NCBI GenBank assembly: GCA_053919585.1
Contig: CM132786.1
Strand: one strand, 5' to 3'
From: Euprymna scolopes
Lineage: Eukaryota
DNA length: 64,000 nt
Position 1 is the first letter of the stretch; each line of letters starts with the position of its first letter. The notes below the pieces were generated by a model. The model saw only the letters and a list, made by a program, of their open reading frames with translations. It did not search any database and was not told the DNA's origin. Shown in pieces: positions 11,911 to 26,800 of this stretch. The position numbers were made by a program, and so were the translations under genes.

Positions 11911-13299
11911 ATATTATATATTAACTTATGCATTGTGTTCCTGTTGTATTTTTGTTGCGGTAATGCCCTAAAGTTACATTTAAATAACATTTTTCCATTG
12001 TGTGGACTTTCTTTGTGCCTCCTCAATTTGAAGTTATTATTTTAAATTGACGTGAACACTAGAATATTTCAATTAAAAGTCAATTATGAACCGGTAAAAT
12101 TATAAAAGAATAAAAAGCGAATCAAATGAGGTATAGATTGTTTAAACAGTTATATAAAGTTTTGCTTAAATTTACAGTTTTTGAAAAAATTACAAGTGCG
12201 AACTTCTTTTTGNNNNNNNNNNNNNNNNNNNNNNNNNNNNNNNNNNNNNNNNNNNNNNNNNNNNNNNNNNNNNNNNNNNNNNNNNNNNNNNNNNNNNNNN
12301 NNNNNNNNNNNNNNNNNNNNNNNNNNNNNNNNNNNNNNNNNNNNNNNNNNNNNNNNNNNNNNNNNNNNNNNNNNNNNNNNNNNNNNNNNNNNNNNNNNNN
12401 NNNNNNNNNNNNNNNNNNNNNNNNNNNNNNNNNNNNNNNNNNNNNNNNNNNNNNNNNNNNNNNNTTTCTAATTTGAATCGGATAAGTAAAGTCTGTTTTG
12501 TTTTTGATAGAAAATGAAACGTATGCATGCGTACATATACAATTATGTCTTTAATAAAATTAGTTTTTTGCAGTTTCTACATGTGTATTTATCTAAACAA
12601 TTAAGTCTGGAGGAATACATGTTTCGTATTCATTTCTAGTGATGGCAGCCAAGTCATATTTTTTAAACATTTTTAAACTACTATATACCGAGTATTATAT
12701 ATGTATAGATAGATAATTAGATCTATACTAATAAATATGAAATCTACATCAATTAAATTATCATATTTAAGTGTATTTTAGGATATAATGTAATAAGTAA
12801 TAAATAATTTACAGCATAATAATCGATAAGAAATATACATGAAGTCAATATGATATGTAATTGCATTTTACGACTGGCTCGCCGATCGACCTATCTGGCT
12901 ATATAAACAACAGTCTCTTCAAAACGTTTTGTCAATTGTTTTTCAAATGGTAGAAGAAAACACAATGAAAAAATTGCTTGAGAGAGTTGATTTTTTTTTA
13001 ATTGTTTGGTTTTTGGCTTTGCAGCGCAGTTAGCTTTTCCACTAAAGGTATTTTACAGAAATTATTTTCTTCTATTGNNNNNNNNNNNNNNNNNNNNNNN
13101 NNNNNNNNNNNNNNNNNNNNNNNNNNNNNNNNNNNNNNNNNNNNNNNNNNNNNNNNNNNNNNNNNNNNNNNNNNNNNNNNNNNNNNNNNNNNNNNNNNNN
13201 NNNNNNNNNNNNNNNNNNNNNNNNNNNNNNNNNNNNNNNNNNNNGTATTTGACTACCCCAGTCAAGAGTTATCTGGGCTTAGTTATTTTTTATTTATTA

Positions 13300-14268
13300 C
13301 TAGCGGGGGTACTCGGTGTTGCCCGAGTGTTTGGAGGTGTGTGTGCTGTTAAATAAAAAAGATACCGGGGAGTAAGATCGAACCCGAAGCCCTGAGGCGA
13401 AGTTTGAAAATAAAATCGGCCAGCCAGATTTATTTAAGAACCAAATTGACAGGTGCGCGCACGGAAGTCGTCGAGCGTTACGACGACGACGACAGCAAAT
13501 GAGGTAAATGACCAGGTTTGTTTGTTATAAGCGAAGTAAAAAAAGAAAACAACAAAACCTAAGCGGGGGGTAGTCAAACATCGAAAAAAAACACAAAAAA
13601 AATAACGTAACGCAAACGAATGATGTTAAATATAAAACTACAAAAACAGAAAAACGAACACGTGAAAAATGGCTTAAATAAGCTTGTTTCGATATTAAAA
13701 TTGATAAAATCCGTGGGTACTCGGGTGTTTTTGGGTGTGTGGTTGGGGGTGGATAAGCGAAGTAATAAAAAAAACAGAAAAACGAACGTTACGTGAAAAA
13801 TGGCTTAAATAACACTGGTTCAATATTTAAATTTAAAAAACTCGAAAAAAAATGAAAAAGACATCTCACACAACGATTCGAACCCAAAACGTTTAGGCAA
13901 CGAACCGACGCGCTAACCAACTGAGCTAACACGACGTACATGAAATCTAGTCAGTTTTTCAACTATTTAAAGTAAATCAGGTCATAACGTCATCTGACGC
14001 ATGCGTAGAACCGGTCGTCATCACGAGAGAAGGGTTTTTGTTGACCCCTCCCGTGTCGAAAATTGTCGATATCGGGGTAAAAAAATTAAGGTTTTTGGCC
14101 AATTTTTCGATATTTTTTGAGCGAAGGATGGAGCTTCGATATGATATCGAGTTTGTGAATTTTCGTCGTGTCTGTCGAAAGTTTTTAGCGGACACACAAA
14201 CACACGTACAAACATACATACAAACATACATACATACATACACACATTTTTGGTTTTATATATATAGA
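13300..14268 (-). mobile_element. Non-autonomous Helitron (Lep1-like architecture)
   Basis: Minus strand starts A|TCTATATATATAAAA, has (TGTA/TGTT)n near the 5' end, and ends with hairpin ACTCGG..CCGAGT plus CTAG|T at 13300. About 700 bp is shared with 29500-30228. Confidence 0.85.
13872..13932 (-). other. tRNA-derived (SINE-head-like) segment captured inside the Helitron
   Basis: Minus strand TAGCTCAGTTGGTTAGCGCG (box A) ... GGGTTCGAATC (box B). There is no intact acceptor stem. A decayed copy is at about 29870-29925. Confidence 0.65.
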
Positions 14269-16195
14269 TAAGTTTTCTAGGTGGGTATCTTATTGTGTTT
14301 CCCTCCCTAATGTAAATAACAGGATCTCCCTGATCCCTTTCGGAAGAACACAAGATCATGTTCTTTTCGAAAGGGGTCGATAGAGATTACTTGTATACTA
14401 GTTTCTTTTTATGAATGGTCTCTTACTTTCACAAGGTTTCCATTAAAAAGTTTATTTGTGAAACGAGTTTGATTTATACTACTTACCATCACGGCAATAA
14501 AAGATGTTGTTTTATATGTTTTCAATTTTGCAACAACTGTTCTGCCCGAGCAACTAACATCCTCCGAATGCAAGCTTGATGACCGTGTTGTAACATTTTT
14601 TTTTGCTTTCTTTTATATACAAGCGCTTATACACCATGATTACATATATTAATACATAAGGAACTTATAGCATATAAACCTCTATATAAATGAATGAATT
14701 TAGCATTAAATAATCTGAAATATGTCGACAAAACATTTAACAAGACAACTAAACCAAACATCATTGATAAATATTTAGAAAATATAAAGAACAACACCCA
14801 AAAACGTTTACCAAAAATGATTAGATTCTGAATGGAATAACAATAAAACGATGGATATGCTACAAGAGGAGCAATTAGAACGAATACCAGTTCGGTTTGA
14901 AATGCATGAAACAAATCTTACACTATAACATGTTTTTAACAATTGGTTTTTGTCTAAGATGAATACTTCTGTATCTTCATCGTCTAAGCTTCAACCTAGC
15001 AAACAAATTACCTTACATAAAATACTTATTATTTTCTAAGGTATTTTGCCTCCGGAAAATAATCGATAGGAGACACATGGAAAGTATTAATATAAATATA
15101 ATAAAAAAAAGAAAGAAATCAATAAAACTACATAAGAATCCGATATATGTTATCAATACAAAAATAATTTTTGCATATCTATCACGAAAAAAAACAAAAA
15201 AAAAACAAAAGAAAATACCAAAACTATTATTGACGATAATCTATAATGTGCAATACGCGCGGTTTTCTGTCTGCTCTTTTCCTTAGAAGTTAACTACTTT
15301 TAATATACAAACTTAAACAATTGCAAGACTGTTATATGGAACTGTCAGGTCGTTCGGCGTTTTCCGGTCATAAAGTATGCATAAATATTATATTTTAATT
15401 CATACATATTTTATTTATTATTATAGCACCAATTCTCTATTAATTAATATCCAATATATAGTAATCAGAACAAACAATGTTAAGCGTTACTTATTTCGTG
15501 AGTGCCGTTACTGTCTGAACAATCAAAAGATTGATATTAATTTATGCGACTGTCACATATGAATGTTTAATTTTTCACATGTGTAAAAGCAACACCATGT
15601 TTTATGCGAAATACTCTGCCATGATCAACTGTTTTGTTTTCAAGTTTGATCCAATAGCCATAATGTTTCAGACTTTAAACCAAATCAAGTCGAAATACCT
15701 ATATTTCAGCTCTGTAGACTAAATATTTAGAGAAATATTTTGTAGAGCCATTTTGCACCTATACCGACGTCACGTATTTATAAATATATAAGTATGCATA
15801 TAGGTGGTATTTCCTTTGGTGTGTGTGCATATATATTAAAGATATATACATGTGTATATAACGAGTGTCAGTTTGAATATGCGTCTGTTCTTCTTACATT
15901 TTAATGAGTATATTTCATATTAACAATATAAATATACATCCTTAACATTTTTTCCAATCTTGGGAGAGTATTTGTGCTGCCTTTCTTTTATTTGTGAAAG
16001 TCACACACACAATAAAATTTATAAATTTATTTTATTGTTTTACATATCTCTGGCTTAATTAATTCTACATGTAAATCTAATTCTATTTATAAACATTCTC
16101 TCGTTACCATAACACTAGTGTTTTCCATAACATTATTCTCGGTTAAAATGTCAGTAATCCACCTGTCTTCTAAAGGCATCTGACTGTTCCCGGCC

Positions 16196-16267
<72 letters not shown>

Positions 16268-16319
16268 TATATACATATATATTAAATTTATTTATACAAA
16301 CATTAATGGCTACATATGT

Positions 16320-16370
16320 GCATAGATGTTTCTGTAATCACCCGCGTTGGGGGATTACGTCTTCAGGCCA
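16320..16370 (-). ncRNA. Hammerhead ribozyme core with long stem II, degenerate
   Basis: Minus strand CTGAAGA-C-GTAATCCCC..GGGTGATTAC-A-GAAA-CATC, next to the (TA)n at 16199-16280. Confidence 0.6.
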
Positions 16371-16699
16371 AGAATTACCGTCGAAACTGATATTTCAACC
16401 AAATACATTTTCCTATTTCGTTTGTCAAGTTTGAATGTAACCTGGGCGGGAGTCATAAAACGGTGAGAGGACAAGTGAGGTCTTTGAAGATAATAAACAT
16501 ATTTTTAATTTCCCTTTCCCCTTATCCAACCCATCTTTTGGTTTTTATGGCATAAGGTACTTGGGAATTTAGTTTTTTGTCTTGGAGTCTGTAAATTAAG
16601 AACATTTGCTGTGGTCACTAAGTACTGACCGGTGTCTTTCAATCTACACCCATCCACACACATGCATGCAACACACACAACACACACATACACAGACAC

Positions 16700-17771
16700 A
16701 CAACTATGAGGGAAGCTGCAATTCCTCCATAGCTTTCCTTGATGTATTGGTAAAAGAAACGCCATCTAGTTACCATACATCTATATACCGCAAACCAACA
16801 TTTACAGGTTTGTACACTCGTTGGGATTCATTTTGCCCTAAAAACGTAAGATAAATCTAATTTGGACCCTAACACATCGTGCACTTATGATTTGTTCCAA
16901 GTTAAAATTAGATGAGGAATTGGAAACAATTAGGGATACTTTATTCAAAAACGGGTACCCACTAGATGTGTCAGTTATTCAAAAGAAATTGGCTGAGTTT
17001 TCTCGAATTAAAAAGAATATAGTAGCCAAATGTCCAATTTATTTCTGTTTGCCTTGGTTGGGAACAGTAAGTGAGAAATTTGTCAAACACATAAGTTCAG
17101 CAGTTCATGGATGTTATTTTGGTGCCAATGTGTGTGTTGTGTTCTCTACGAGAACTTTATTATTATCTTCTCGAAAAAAACTTCTACTCTCACACCATGA
17201 TAGTAACGTTATTTACATTTTGAATGTGGCTGCGGTGCCAACTACTTGGGTTGAACGACATTAAGATTAGATGGAAGAATTCAGCAACATATACTCCGTA
17301 AAATTAGGAATAGAACCTACCGGGCAACGGACGTTGTTACTAAAATATACGGGTCCTCAATTACTGATCATTTACTTAAAACCCCGTATTGTGCAACAGA
17401 CTTTAGCACGGACTCTTTTCTATTCTTAGTCGTGCTCATTCACTATATCACCTTAAGATCTTGGAGACTATTCACGTTCGACTTAGAAAACCTTCCCTTT
17501 GCAAGCAAGGGGAATGCCTCCTGGGTTCGAACGTGATTAATCTCTAGGGTATTTGACAATAACGCTGTTTTATTTTAATGGTTTTCTCACTTTTTTCTTC
17601 CCGTAAATTGAATAAAACGCAATTTTAATCGCTTTTTCATTCTTTGTTTAAAAAATTCCCCCGATACAGTTTTGAGAAGCGAGTCTTGAAACCGGTCATC
17701 CGGCTCCCCATTTTTCTTTCTTTCCTCTCCTGTTCCCCTTTCCCCCCTTTTTTGGAGAGAAGATTAAAGGA

Positions 17772-17775
<4 letters not shown>
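16700..17775 (+). mobile_element. 5'-truncated Penelope-like retroelement (RT C-terminus, GIY-YIG endonuclease, pLTR)
   Basis: SIAFLDVLV..TSIYRKPTFTGLYTRWDSFCP..LTHRALMICS..NGYP..LPWLG..SNVIY..CGCGANYLG.TT.RL..RIQQH..SSITDHLL..LKILE.IH...KPSLCKQ. A relic hammerhead GAAACCGGTC is at about 17688. Microsatellites flank both ends. Confidence 0.9.
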
Positions 17776-17820
<45 letters not shown>

Positions 17821-17897
17821 AATTTACTTTTAATCATGAATCATAAAAGTCTTCCCTTCCTAATTGCAATATTTTAATTTTGTATCCCTAAAAACAT

Positions 17898-17982
<85 letters not shown>

Positions 17983-20900
17983 TGTATCGGTTTGTTCCGA
18001 AGGATTCACACATCTAAGTGGGTTTATTCATTTGGGGGATATATGTTTGGGGTGAGCTAGTTTTAGAATAAATATTTTTAGTCAAAATAGTTTGGAGGTT
18101 TATAATTCAATGTGTGAGAGCGCGGGTCATGTTGTTCCACGAGATGTATATTTATAAATATTGTGAATGAACGCTTTAAAAAATAAGAAAGATCATGGGA
18201 TATTTTAGATCCCTTGTAGACAAGTAATAATCTTTAATTGAGTCGATAAAAGAATAAATGTGAATTAGGCAAGTCTGAAAATAAAACACATCATATTTTA
18301 AAAGCTAATATTCATTTGATTTTATATCAGACATAAAGGTCAATGAGGATATTCGAAATATTTCAATTAATCACTTTAAACTCCTGCGCTTATGATGATA
18401 AAAGAGTTAAATGTGGTGGGTCTGTTTATTCGTTAATGTTTGCTTGCGTATGTTATGTGTGCATGTACCTAAGTTGAGATATAGCCGCAGGCTCAAGGGT
18501 TTGCAGCGAAGCGACGAAGCGACGCCTATCGTAAACTTCGTTTCAACACTAATAACCGTTTTAACATATTTTATAACCTTCATGATTTTTTAATGGCATT
18601 TTTTTTAAGTTTGCAGAAATGCGTGTGATTAGCTTAAAGTGCAGGTGCAGCAAGACATGCGAAGAAACGAGTTTAACATTTTAGTTTTGGACGGCGAAAT
18701 ATATACATCCGTGACCACATATACACACACACGCACACACATACGCACACATATAATATGTCTGTGCGTGGAATTGAAAGAGAAAGGGACGGAATGATAA
18801 ATGCTATTATTGATATATCACATGACACAATAGTTATAAGAAAAAGAAGACTGATTGTATCAATTCTCCATTTTAATTCACGTTAAGTCCTCTCTGAAAT
18901 GCTTCATGCTTCAGTAAATAAAATCCTTTGATTAAATAATGCAAGACCAGTAATTAGCATGTAGCAACATATGAATAAATAAATAAAAAATAGCGGTGAG
19001 AGGATTCTCCACTGGCTTACCCCTAGCAATTTATCGGTGATTATTACTTTACTAACTGATAATTAACTTTTTTTTAACTGTTTCATTTATCAGTATTCTC
19101 CTGTGCAATCTTTCAATGATGCATCGATTTTGAAAATTACAGAATTGGTGTTAAATTGTTAATGAACAGAATTGCATTCGCCAATTTTACAGCTTTTAAA
19201 TCGAAAACAAGAAAAAATGTAGATAACGATTTTGAGGTTTACAGCCGTAAGTCTATCAGACAAGAAAGAAAATTGGTATGTCTATGGAACAAAAATGACA
19301 CAAACGTGCGGTTTGAACTGTACATATTGGAATATAATGAAAGTTTGTAAATTATTAAAAACAACGGACCCCCCTCTTTGATTGCTATACAAATAGTTAC
19401 GTTTTTACAACATGAATCTACACACAACAGCAATTGTATGCACATGATATAAACATTTATAAACCTCTAGATCACCCAATACACCTGAGCCGCATTGTTA
19501 GTATCGTGAAAAGTGGGTTTACACAGCCAATTATTTTTTTTTTTTAAATACTTTATTTTTCTTCTGTTTCTTTTATGTATACACATTCTCGATTTACTTT
19601 CCAGGAACATATTAAATATTATAACAAATTGTAGTGAGATTCTTTTTAAGTCATGCATTTAAAAATATGTATCATTCGATTATTTTAGTCACGTCGTCAA
19701 CTGAGCTTCAGCTATGCATTTTTAAGGCGTTTTTAAAAGACGCGTCAACATCAGCTCGGTTCTGGAAACAAGCTCGATCTGTTTCCGTTTAGGATGGACG
19801 GTTATTCTTTTTTACAACTACTCCATACACATAATAGTCAATACAGTGACATTAGAATTGGTTTCGCCTGGTGAAATCATGTATGTTCTCAGACAACTGC
19901 ATTTTTTTCTCTGGAGAAGTACCAAGAAACAGAAGATAATAAGGAGAAACTAAACACATTTATTTGAATTAAATATGAGGGTTCTTTAAAAGACGTAGGC
20001 GACATGCTGTGTATTTTACAGGAAACAGATACAATGACTGTCACAGTGTAAGAAAATTACTCTTCATGACGCACAAGAATTTATGCAATTCTAAGGTAAG
20101 TATAAGTGGTTCTGATTCATGTGAAACTGATCCTTAGAACAAAATCTTTTCTAGATCGTGTGAGTATACAGTGTTTTAAAGTATATCGTGTCTTTCGTAA
20201 TACTTATATTTTGTATCTTATATGTGAGTGATTGCGTCATGCAAGTCTGCGTTTTCTGATCACATCCTAGTCATCAACTTACACCTATTTCTTTCCCTGG
20301 AGCTACTTAATTGCTGGAATTTGTCGCACCTATTTTGCAGCTGCTGGATATGTTTCATTGTGGAAAATATACTGATGTTTCCTGCTCGTTACTTCTTCTA
20401 CATCCCATTTATATCCCATCGCTTTCAAGGGAGTAAGCATATTATCATGATGCAGGTGATTGTTTTCATATCTTGCCTCAAGCGGTCAAAGGTGAAAAAC
20501 AGCAAATTAAAGTCTAGTCGGAGCCAACGTTCTTAAGTTAAGGTTCATGTTATGCTGTTCTTATTACGATGACGGATATATTTGTCGACTGTTCATATTA
20601 TAGTGTTCATATTATAGTGTTCATATAAGTGAGAGATAGGTATATTTAATACAGAGCCGGGAACGTGTAATACACAATGAGAGGGTGATAGATAGATAGA
20701 CAGAGACATTTATACAGTTCTGAATGGGAGTGTTTCTATAAGATTGACACATATATTTTCTTAACAAGTATTATTTTTGAAATGATGATTCTCAGTTCTT
20801 TTATCATAAAGAAGGAACCAGCCATTACTTATGATAGATGGGGGGGACATTCTTAAAATGATAGACACATTATTATATGAATTTTATGCACAATACCTCC

Positions 20901-22093
20901 GTTGTTGAATGACATAACTCAAGACAGTTCCAACAAAATGATTATTATTTCTTGACCGGTCAATAGCTTGCATCAAGGAATTCAAAATTTCTACATGATT
21001 TCAATTTCTACTTTCGCTTCCAAAGGTGGGTTCCTTCCGACTCGTGTCAGCTCTATCCGACCCTCACTGACTCGGCGCTCTCTCTCCATCTTCTGACTCT
21101 CCTAAAGCGCTAACTATATTTAGAACTCATCTCTTTCTCATGACGGCATTGCCTGACCAAACAACGTACATATCGATCCCGTGGCCTGACATGCCTCACG
21201 TTGTCTAAAACATGCCCAAAACATGTGCATCGTCCAAACATGCTTGCAAAGAAGAATTCTCTAACCTAAATTCGACTAACCTATTTTGCAATAATGTTTA
21301 ACATTTTCTATTGATCGGATCTAGATAACCTCGATTTAATTTCATTTCATTTTCATAAACAGAATTGCATCATCAAATTCCTTTTCTAAATTATTTTATG
21401 TGAAACTAAACAATGAGTAATTTTACATTCCATTTTCAGTAACATATCTGTATTATTTATTTTAAACTCTCCTGAATCTTAATTCCAAACCTAGCTTCTC
21501 AGGTTCGAATTTGCGGACTATGCTATCTCATTTTTACTTACTTACATGATAGGCAGAGAAGTTCTTATCTTCTTTGGTTACACGACATCGTGAAATTTCA
21601 ATCTATAAGGTGCGTGTCAGAACATGATAGAACAATTTCAATCAATTTCTCTGACTTCTTCCGTCAAAATGGTCAGTGATTTGGAAAGAATATGAAGGCA
21701 AATAAACCCCATATGTCCTCAAACAGCTTCGTACTTTTTCATGTATGCAAAGACGTATTTGTAGACGGTGTTTCCTCTGTATTTAAGAACTACGCAGTAC
21801 AATTACAACAAAAGCGTATAACAAAGAAGTGATTGAGCCTTTGTATTTTAAAAAATATTTACGTATCATTCAAATCAAATGTAAACAGATGTTGTGGATC
21901 CTTACCCATAAATAATCAAATTCTTTCAAATTAATACCATTAACGATTACTACACTTCAGACTTACAGTCATAAAGCCTTATCCTCGAGGGGACTTCGGG
22001 CCTTGAATATTTGTGACTTTTAAGTAAAAAATGTTAAGATATTTTTCTGTACCCAAAGGTTGTAACATTTTCATTATATATATAACACTATGG

Positions 22094-22878
22094 TGTCATG
22101 AATGCATGCAGCGAGGTGCATATTGCGGTGAGAGGGGGTGTTTGGCCGGACGGGATGGGGTGAAGGCGTGTGGAGAAATGCAAAACCTTAGCTAGGAAAA
22201 TAGGACCAACCGCCGCTATGTCATTATGAGCTTGGTAAAGCAAAGCAGATGTTATATTGTCTCAAAAATAGACAGATTTGGAATTATCTACAATATGCCA
22301 AAAGAGATGGTCGTATTAGAAGTGACATAAGATGATATAGGACCATACACACAGTGCTGAGGAAAGACAACCCCATGGGGACTGCCAATAGCTATCAGTG
22401 TGAGCAACCCCCCACCCAGAAAGGGGGAGAGAGAGGTGGTGAGTGGAAAAAACTAAGGGAAAGCTCTGAAAGGAAGAAGGAAAGGGTGTTTGTAACCACT
22501 CTCTGAAGATGAGGTGGGAAAAAGGGGTTGGATTTAGAAAAAGGAATTCTAAAAAGAGGAGAGTCGTAGCCAGTAAACTGAACGGCTGGGCTGGTCAAGG
22601 GCTCCCGATTTTGAAGCCTTTGGGGTCTGATGTTATGATGTTAACTAGCCTGTGTTAATGAGAAGTCTGTGACTTTACTGGTCTGGTCTTACATCGTTCG
22701 TTCGTTGCTATAGTCAATCACCTCAATTTATACAGTAGCTGTTATGAAGTAATGCGATTAATAAATAGTTTGTTATTGTTATAAACCGGAGTTCTGTTTG
22801 TTTGTGGTTAGGACTCTTAATTTTGCAGCAAGCCGCAAAAACCACCGGAGTGATTGAAATACCCGGAGACTAACTACA
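22094..22878 (+). mobile_element. Possible solo LTR
   Basis: GC-richer block from TGTCATG to ACTACA with purine-rich tracts and AATAAA (~22760). No TSD was found. Confidence 0.3.
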
Positions 22879-23399
22879 CGGGATAGAAGACGATTCGGTC
22901 AGTAGGCAAAGCGCCGCACCATGAAAACACAGCGTGTAAAGACGATCAACAAGCCAACTTGTGACGGGAGAATGTACGATCGAAAGAACACCTGTCATAT
23001 CGGGTGCAGCCCGACGAGGTTAGAGACACCCGGTGTGGTTGGTGCAGTATTGGATCCCATTATAAATGGTGCCGTGAGCCAAGATATCACATCTGTATTA
23101 GATGTCCACGAGCGATTTATCACGAACACATATATAAATCGTGCCGTTAAGCCAGAATAAAACCCTGAGAAGATATAGGCCGTTTCAACAAAACAAAAAA
23201 AAAATGCTGAAAACTAAAAACAAAGAATGCTAGACTTTGCAAAAAGAGACGAAAAGAACATAAAGAAACAATCATAATCATGAAAAAAAACACACACACA
23301 CAAAGCAAAGATTGAAAAAGAAACGAACTCAAAAAGAAAAATAACAACAAAAATCTCGAACATGAAACTAAGACGAAGAAGGGTGGCGGAAGGTAAGGA

Positions 23400-23879
23400 C
23401 GGTTCATTTCCCCTTTTGTCTATCTCAGTGTTACCTGGATAGGTTAAGTTTTGTTGCATTGTTTTGAGACATTTTTTGTAATATGTAATATATTGTTGAT
23501 TTTCTTCCCACCCCTCAAAGGAAATGTGCATTTGTCTGAATCATGAGTCTAAAAACAGTTTTATCCACAGGAATATACATGGGGATATAGACAGGGGAAA
23601 CGGGCTGATATGTCGCTGTACGTACGCGCATATGTTGTCGCTGTACAAGTGATCGAGAGAGAGATAGGGAAAAGAGAAAAAGAAAAAGAAGGTCAAGTCC
23701 GCTAAAAAGGCATAGCAGTGCCCAGATTTTTGTGGATATGAGAAAGAGGAAGGTAGGGATGGAAGAGCCCACCCGTGAATCAGGTTTAACCTTAAGGGGA
23801 ATTTAGTGGCGGTGTGATTGCTTGGAAAAAAAAAGATTAGAAATGAATAAAGAAAAGAAATAAGCAGAATGGAGAAAGC

Positions 23880-23918
<39 letters not shown>

Positions 23919-25240
23919 GGGTAGATAGAGAGATAGATATGGCAAACGGGTTTGGAAAAAGAAAAGATAAGACGAAGTTGAGATGAGTGAAGAAAAGAAA
24001 TAAGACTGTGAGAGTTGATAGTTTTAGAAGAAGAAAATGCGATCGATTCCTAGTTTCTGTCATTGAATTGGTTGAATTGGTGTAGGAGGACAAACGAAAT
24101 GTGTGATTTTGTTCATATATTTTAATCATAGTCTATTGTTATAGAGCGGCATGGGCTGTTCAAGGGATAAAGAGTAATAAATATGGAGGTTCACGAGGAT
24201 ACTAGCCATTGGAGAACGCCATGGTTGGTGATGTGTGTTGGCGGACTGAGATGCAAAGAAAGTTATGTTGATGACGTGAAAGTTGAGAAATGTGCAATGT
24301 GCACTAGTCGTAGAGGCATGAAGAATTGAGTGGTCAAACGTTTAACGAGTCACAGGGTATGTCTGCGTGAGGTGCCAGAAAAAAAAGCATGAGGAAATGT
24401 AATGGAAAAATGCGTCGAGGAAGCCGAAGAGAATTATCCCAAATGTTATGCCAACCCCGCGGAGAGTGTTTGAAAATGTGCGGAAGGGACTGTGCGTATA
24501 GTAAATAGAGTTTGGCGGTAGATTTAATGAGACACTGGGTTTGTCTGTGCGGGAGGCCATGGGAAAAGGCATGTGGGAATACAAAAATAGATATACGATC
24601 TCTCCGCTCGGTCCTCAGTGCATGACAGACACCGTGATCCACTGGTGAACGGTAAAGCTATGAGGATAATGCAACATCAGATAGAAAGGTCAAATAAGTA
24701 AGATGAGGAAAAAGACGCTCATGCCGAGATAACCTGAAGAATGGTTGTGAAAAGGGAAACCAAACAGGGATTGAGAGAAGTGTACCGATCCTTAGAAAAA
24801 TAGAAATCGGCTGTATCGATGCATTCTGATTTTGTAACGAATGTTGTCAGAATAATTTAAAGATGAAGTAATGATTTACATGAGATTAGATTGCAAAATA
24901 GAGAGACGGTTGGTTAGAGAATTTTATTAAAACTAAAGAAAAAGAAAGAGAAAAGAAAAAAGGAAGAAAAAATGGAAAAAACAGGAAGAACAGAGAGCAA
25001 TTAAGGAGACGGGAGAGTTGCCTCTAAAGCTAAGATTGAGGGGGACAAGGTTCTTGTCGGCCTAAGAGCAATAAACCAGGAAGATTAGAGGTAGTGAACC
25101 GGGTAGCAATCTGGTAATGGGCTGGGTTGCAACTCTTGATGCTGTCGTGTGCATGTCGGGCCCTTGTTTGCACATGATGCTGACACGCTGTGGCACGGGC
25201 CGCTCTCCCAGATGTGCTAGTATATAGAAACCAATGGGGA
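23400..25240 (-). mobile_element. Highly degenerate Penelope-like element
   Basis: Minus-strand remnants GLP..KPSVSL (cf. GLPKxHKPxxPLRPI), M-SPMASILVNL (cf. MGSPLSPxLANL) and RSLVQR..H (GIY-YIG region). Interrupted by (TAGA)n. Confidence 0.55.
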
Positions 25241-25689
25241 TAGACAGGAGAGAAACTAAAGCATGTGTATCATGGAATTGAATCTTAAATCTTTTTAGGA
25301 TAAAACAAATTGAATTTGATAGAACCGTGATTTGACTGAAGAAAAAAGTGAAGGGAATATTTCGTTATTTTAATATCTATATTGAAAGTTTTAATTTAAT
25401 TTTGTTTATTAAAGTTTCATCGTATTTTCGGCAGTTCCCGTTTCTTTACAATTTGAAAAAAAAAACAGTTTTACTTTATCTCACACGTTTGTTGCTAATT
25501 ATTAATGTCTAATTATAACCGTTGACTTTTTATGTGTGATTGGAATGAAATGAAACTACGTCAGTATTTTTGTATTCTCATATTCATTTTAATGGAAATA
25601 AGCATAGTTCTTTACCTTTTTGCTTTTTTCTCTTTAAACTTCACAATAATTTTATTTAACCTAAACCGATTTAACGAATAGACGTTAGG

Positions 25690-26800
25690 CCAGATGGTGT
25701 AATGTTCTTACATATTTACCATGTTTTGTATCAATTCTATGGTTTCTTGATTGTGACAAGATAATTTTCCAGATGCCCGAACTTATTCCTATTTTATAGT
25801 GGTTCTAAATAATTTCGTATTCAAACAACAATCATTTACCAAAATTTCTCGACTTTGGCCTTCTCTTGAATTTGTGTGCCAATGAAATATCAAAGATATC
25901 AGTGCACCAGCAGAGGTATGCATTATGTTCCATCTCTTTTATCAATGCTTCTTGACCGTTTACATCCATTATGTATGACAAGAGATGGGGTCTTTTCCAC
26001 TGTATGTGTGCGTTTTAGGAGCTTATCAATTCATAACAGTTATGATATGTTAAGTTCACATGAGTTCATGATATAACTTTTTAAACATTATTCAATAACC
26101 TGGAGTTCCCATAAAGGCCATCACACATGATTATTTATTGAATATTAGCGGTGATATTTCATTGATTCTTAGTGACAAATAATCTCCTCGGGTTTCCGGT
26201 GCTCCCAGCTAAGCTCAATAGCAGTGCATACGCCTTCACATTATTTCAACAGCAGTTTACAATTGATTTATCGCTAACATACCTTTCCTTAGGATTTAAG
26301 TGGTAAAACGTCTCCCCAAGACTTTAGTTTTCTCCGCATTATTCTAGTTTAGCTCTAACTAGTGTTCTCCCTTCTCGGCTCCTCCGGATCCTTCACAACT
26401 ATTTTGTGTCATACAATCCGATGTAATATGATTTTTTTAGGGAGCACAATATTTTGTGGTTTATCATGTTTCCTTGTATTCTTCTGCTGTTTTTCTTTTA
26501 TTTTATTCTTATCTAGCATTAAATTTACTGGTTTATGTTTCCAGTATATGTAAGTTGGTTTCCTCGTTCAAGTACTTTCCTTGGTGTTTCATATGTTTTT
26601 ATTATTGCTAGCCATTACATGTTCTCAGGCTTTTGTCTATTTCAAATTTCACTATTCCTTTCTTTTTGTCTGGATTGTTCCGGTTGCTCCGACAATTATT
26701 GTAGTTAGCTTGACTTTCATCGTGATTTATCTTTTCACTATTACGACTTATGTTATATTCTCGTACCTGTCGTTTTATTTTTCGTAATGTTTACTTGATA
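25690..26800 (-). mobile_element. Degenerate R4/Dong-like (RLE clade) LINE RT fragment
   Basis: Minus-strand remnants resembling PDK..F..IW, E.KG.R and GD.L.PL, similar in style to the 42250-46960 relics. Confidence 0.4.

Noticed and set aside
13872-13932. Functional tRNA gene (also ~30490-30570 and ~5215-5280)
   Set aside because: Box A/B remnants only, with no intact acceptor or anticodon stems; treated as SINE-type heads
20903-21302. Possible solo LTR (TGTTGA...TTAACA)
   Set aside because: No TSD and no second copy in the window
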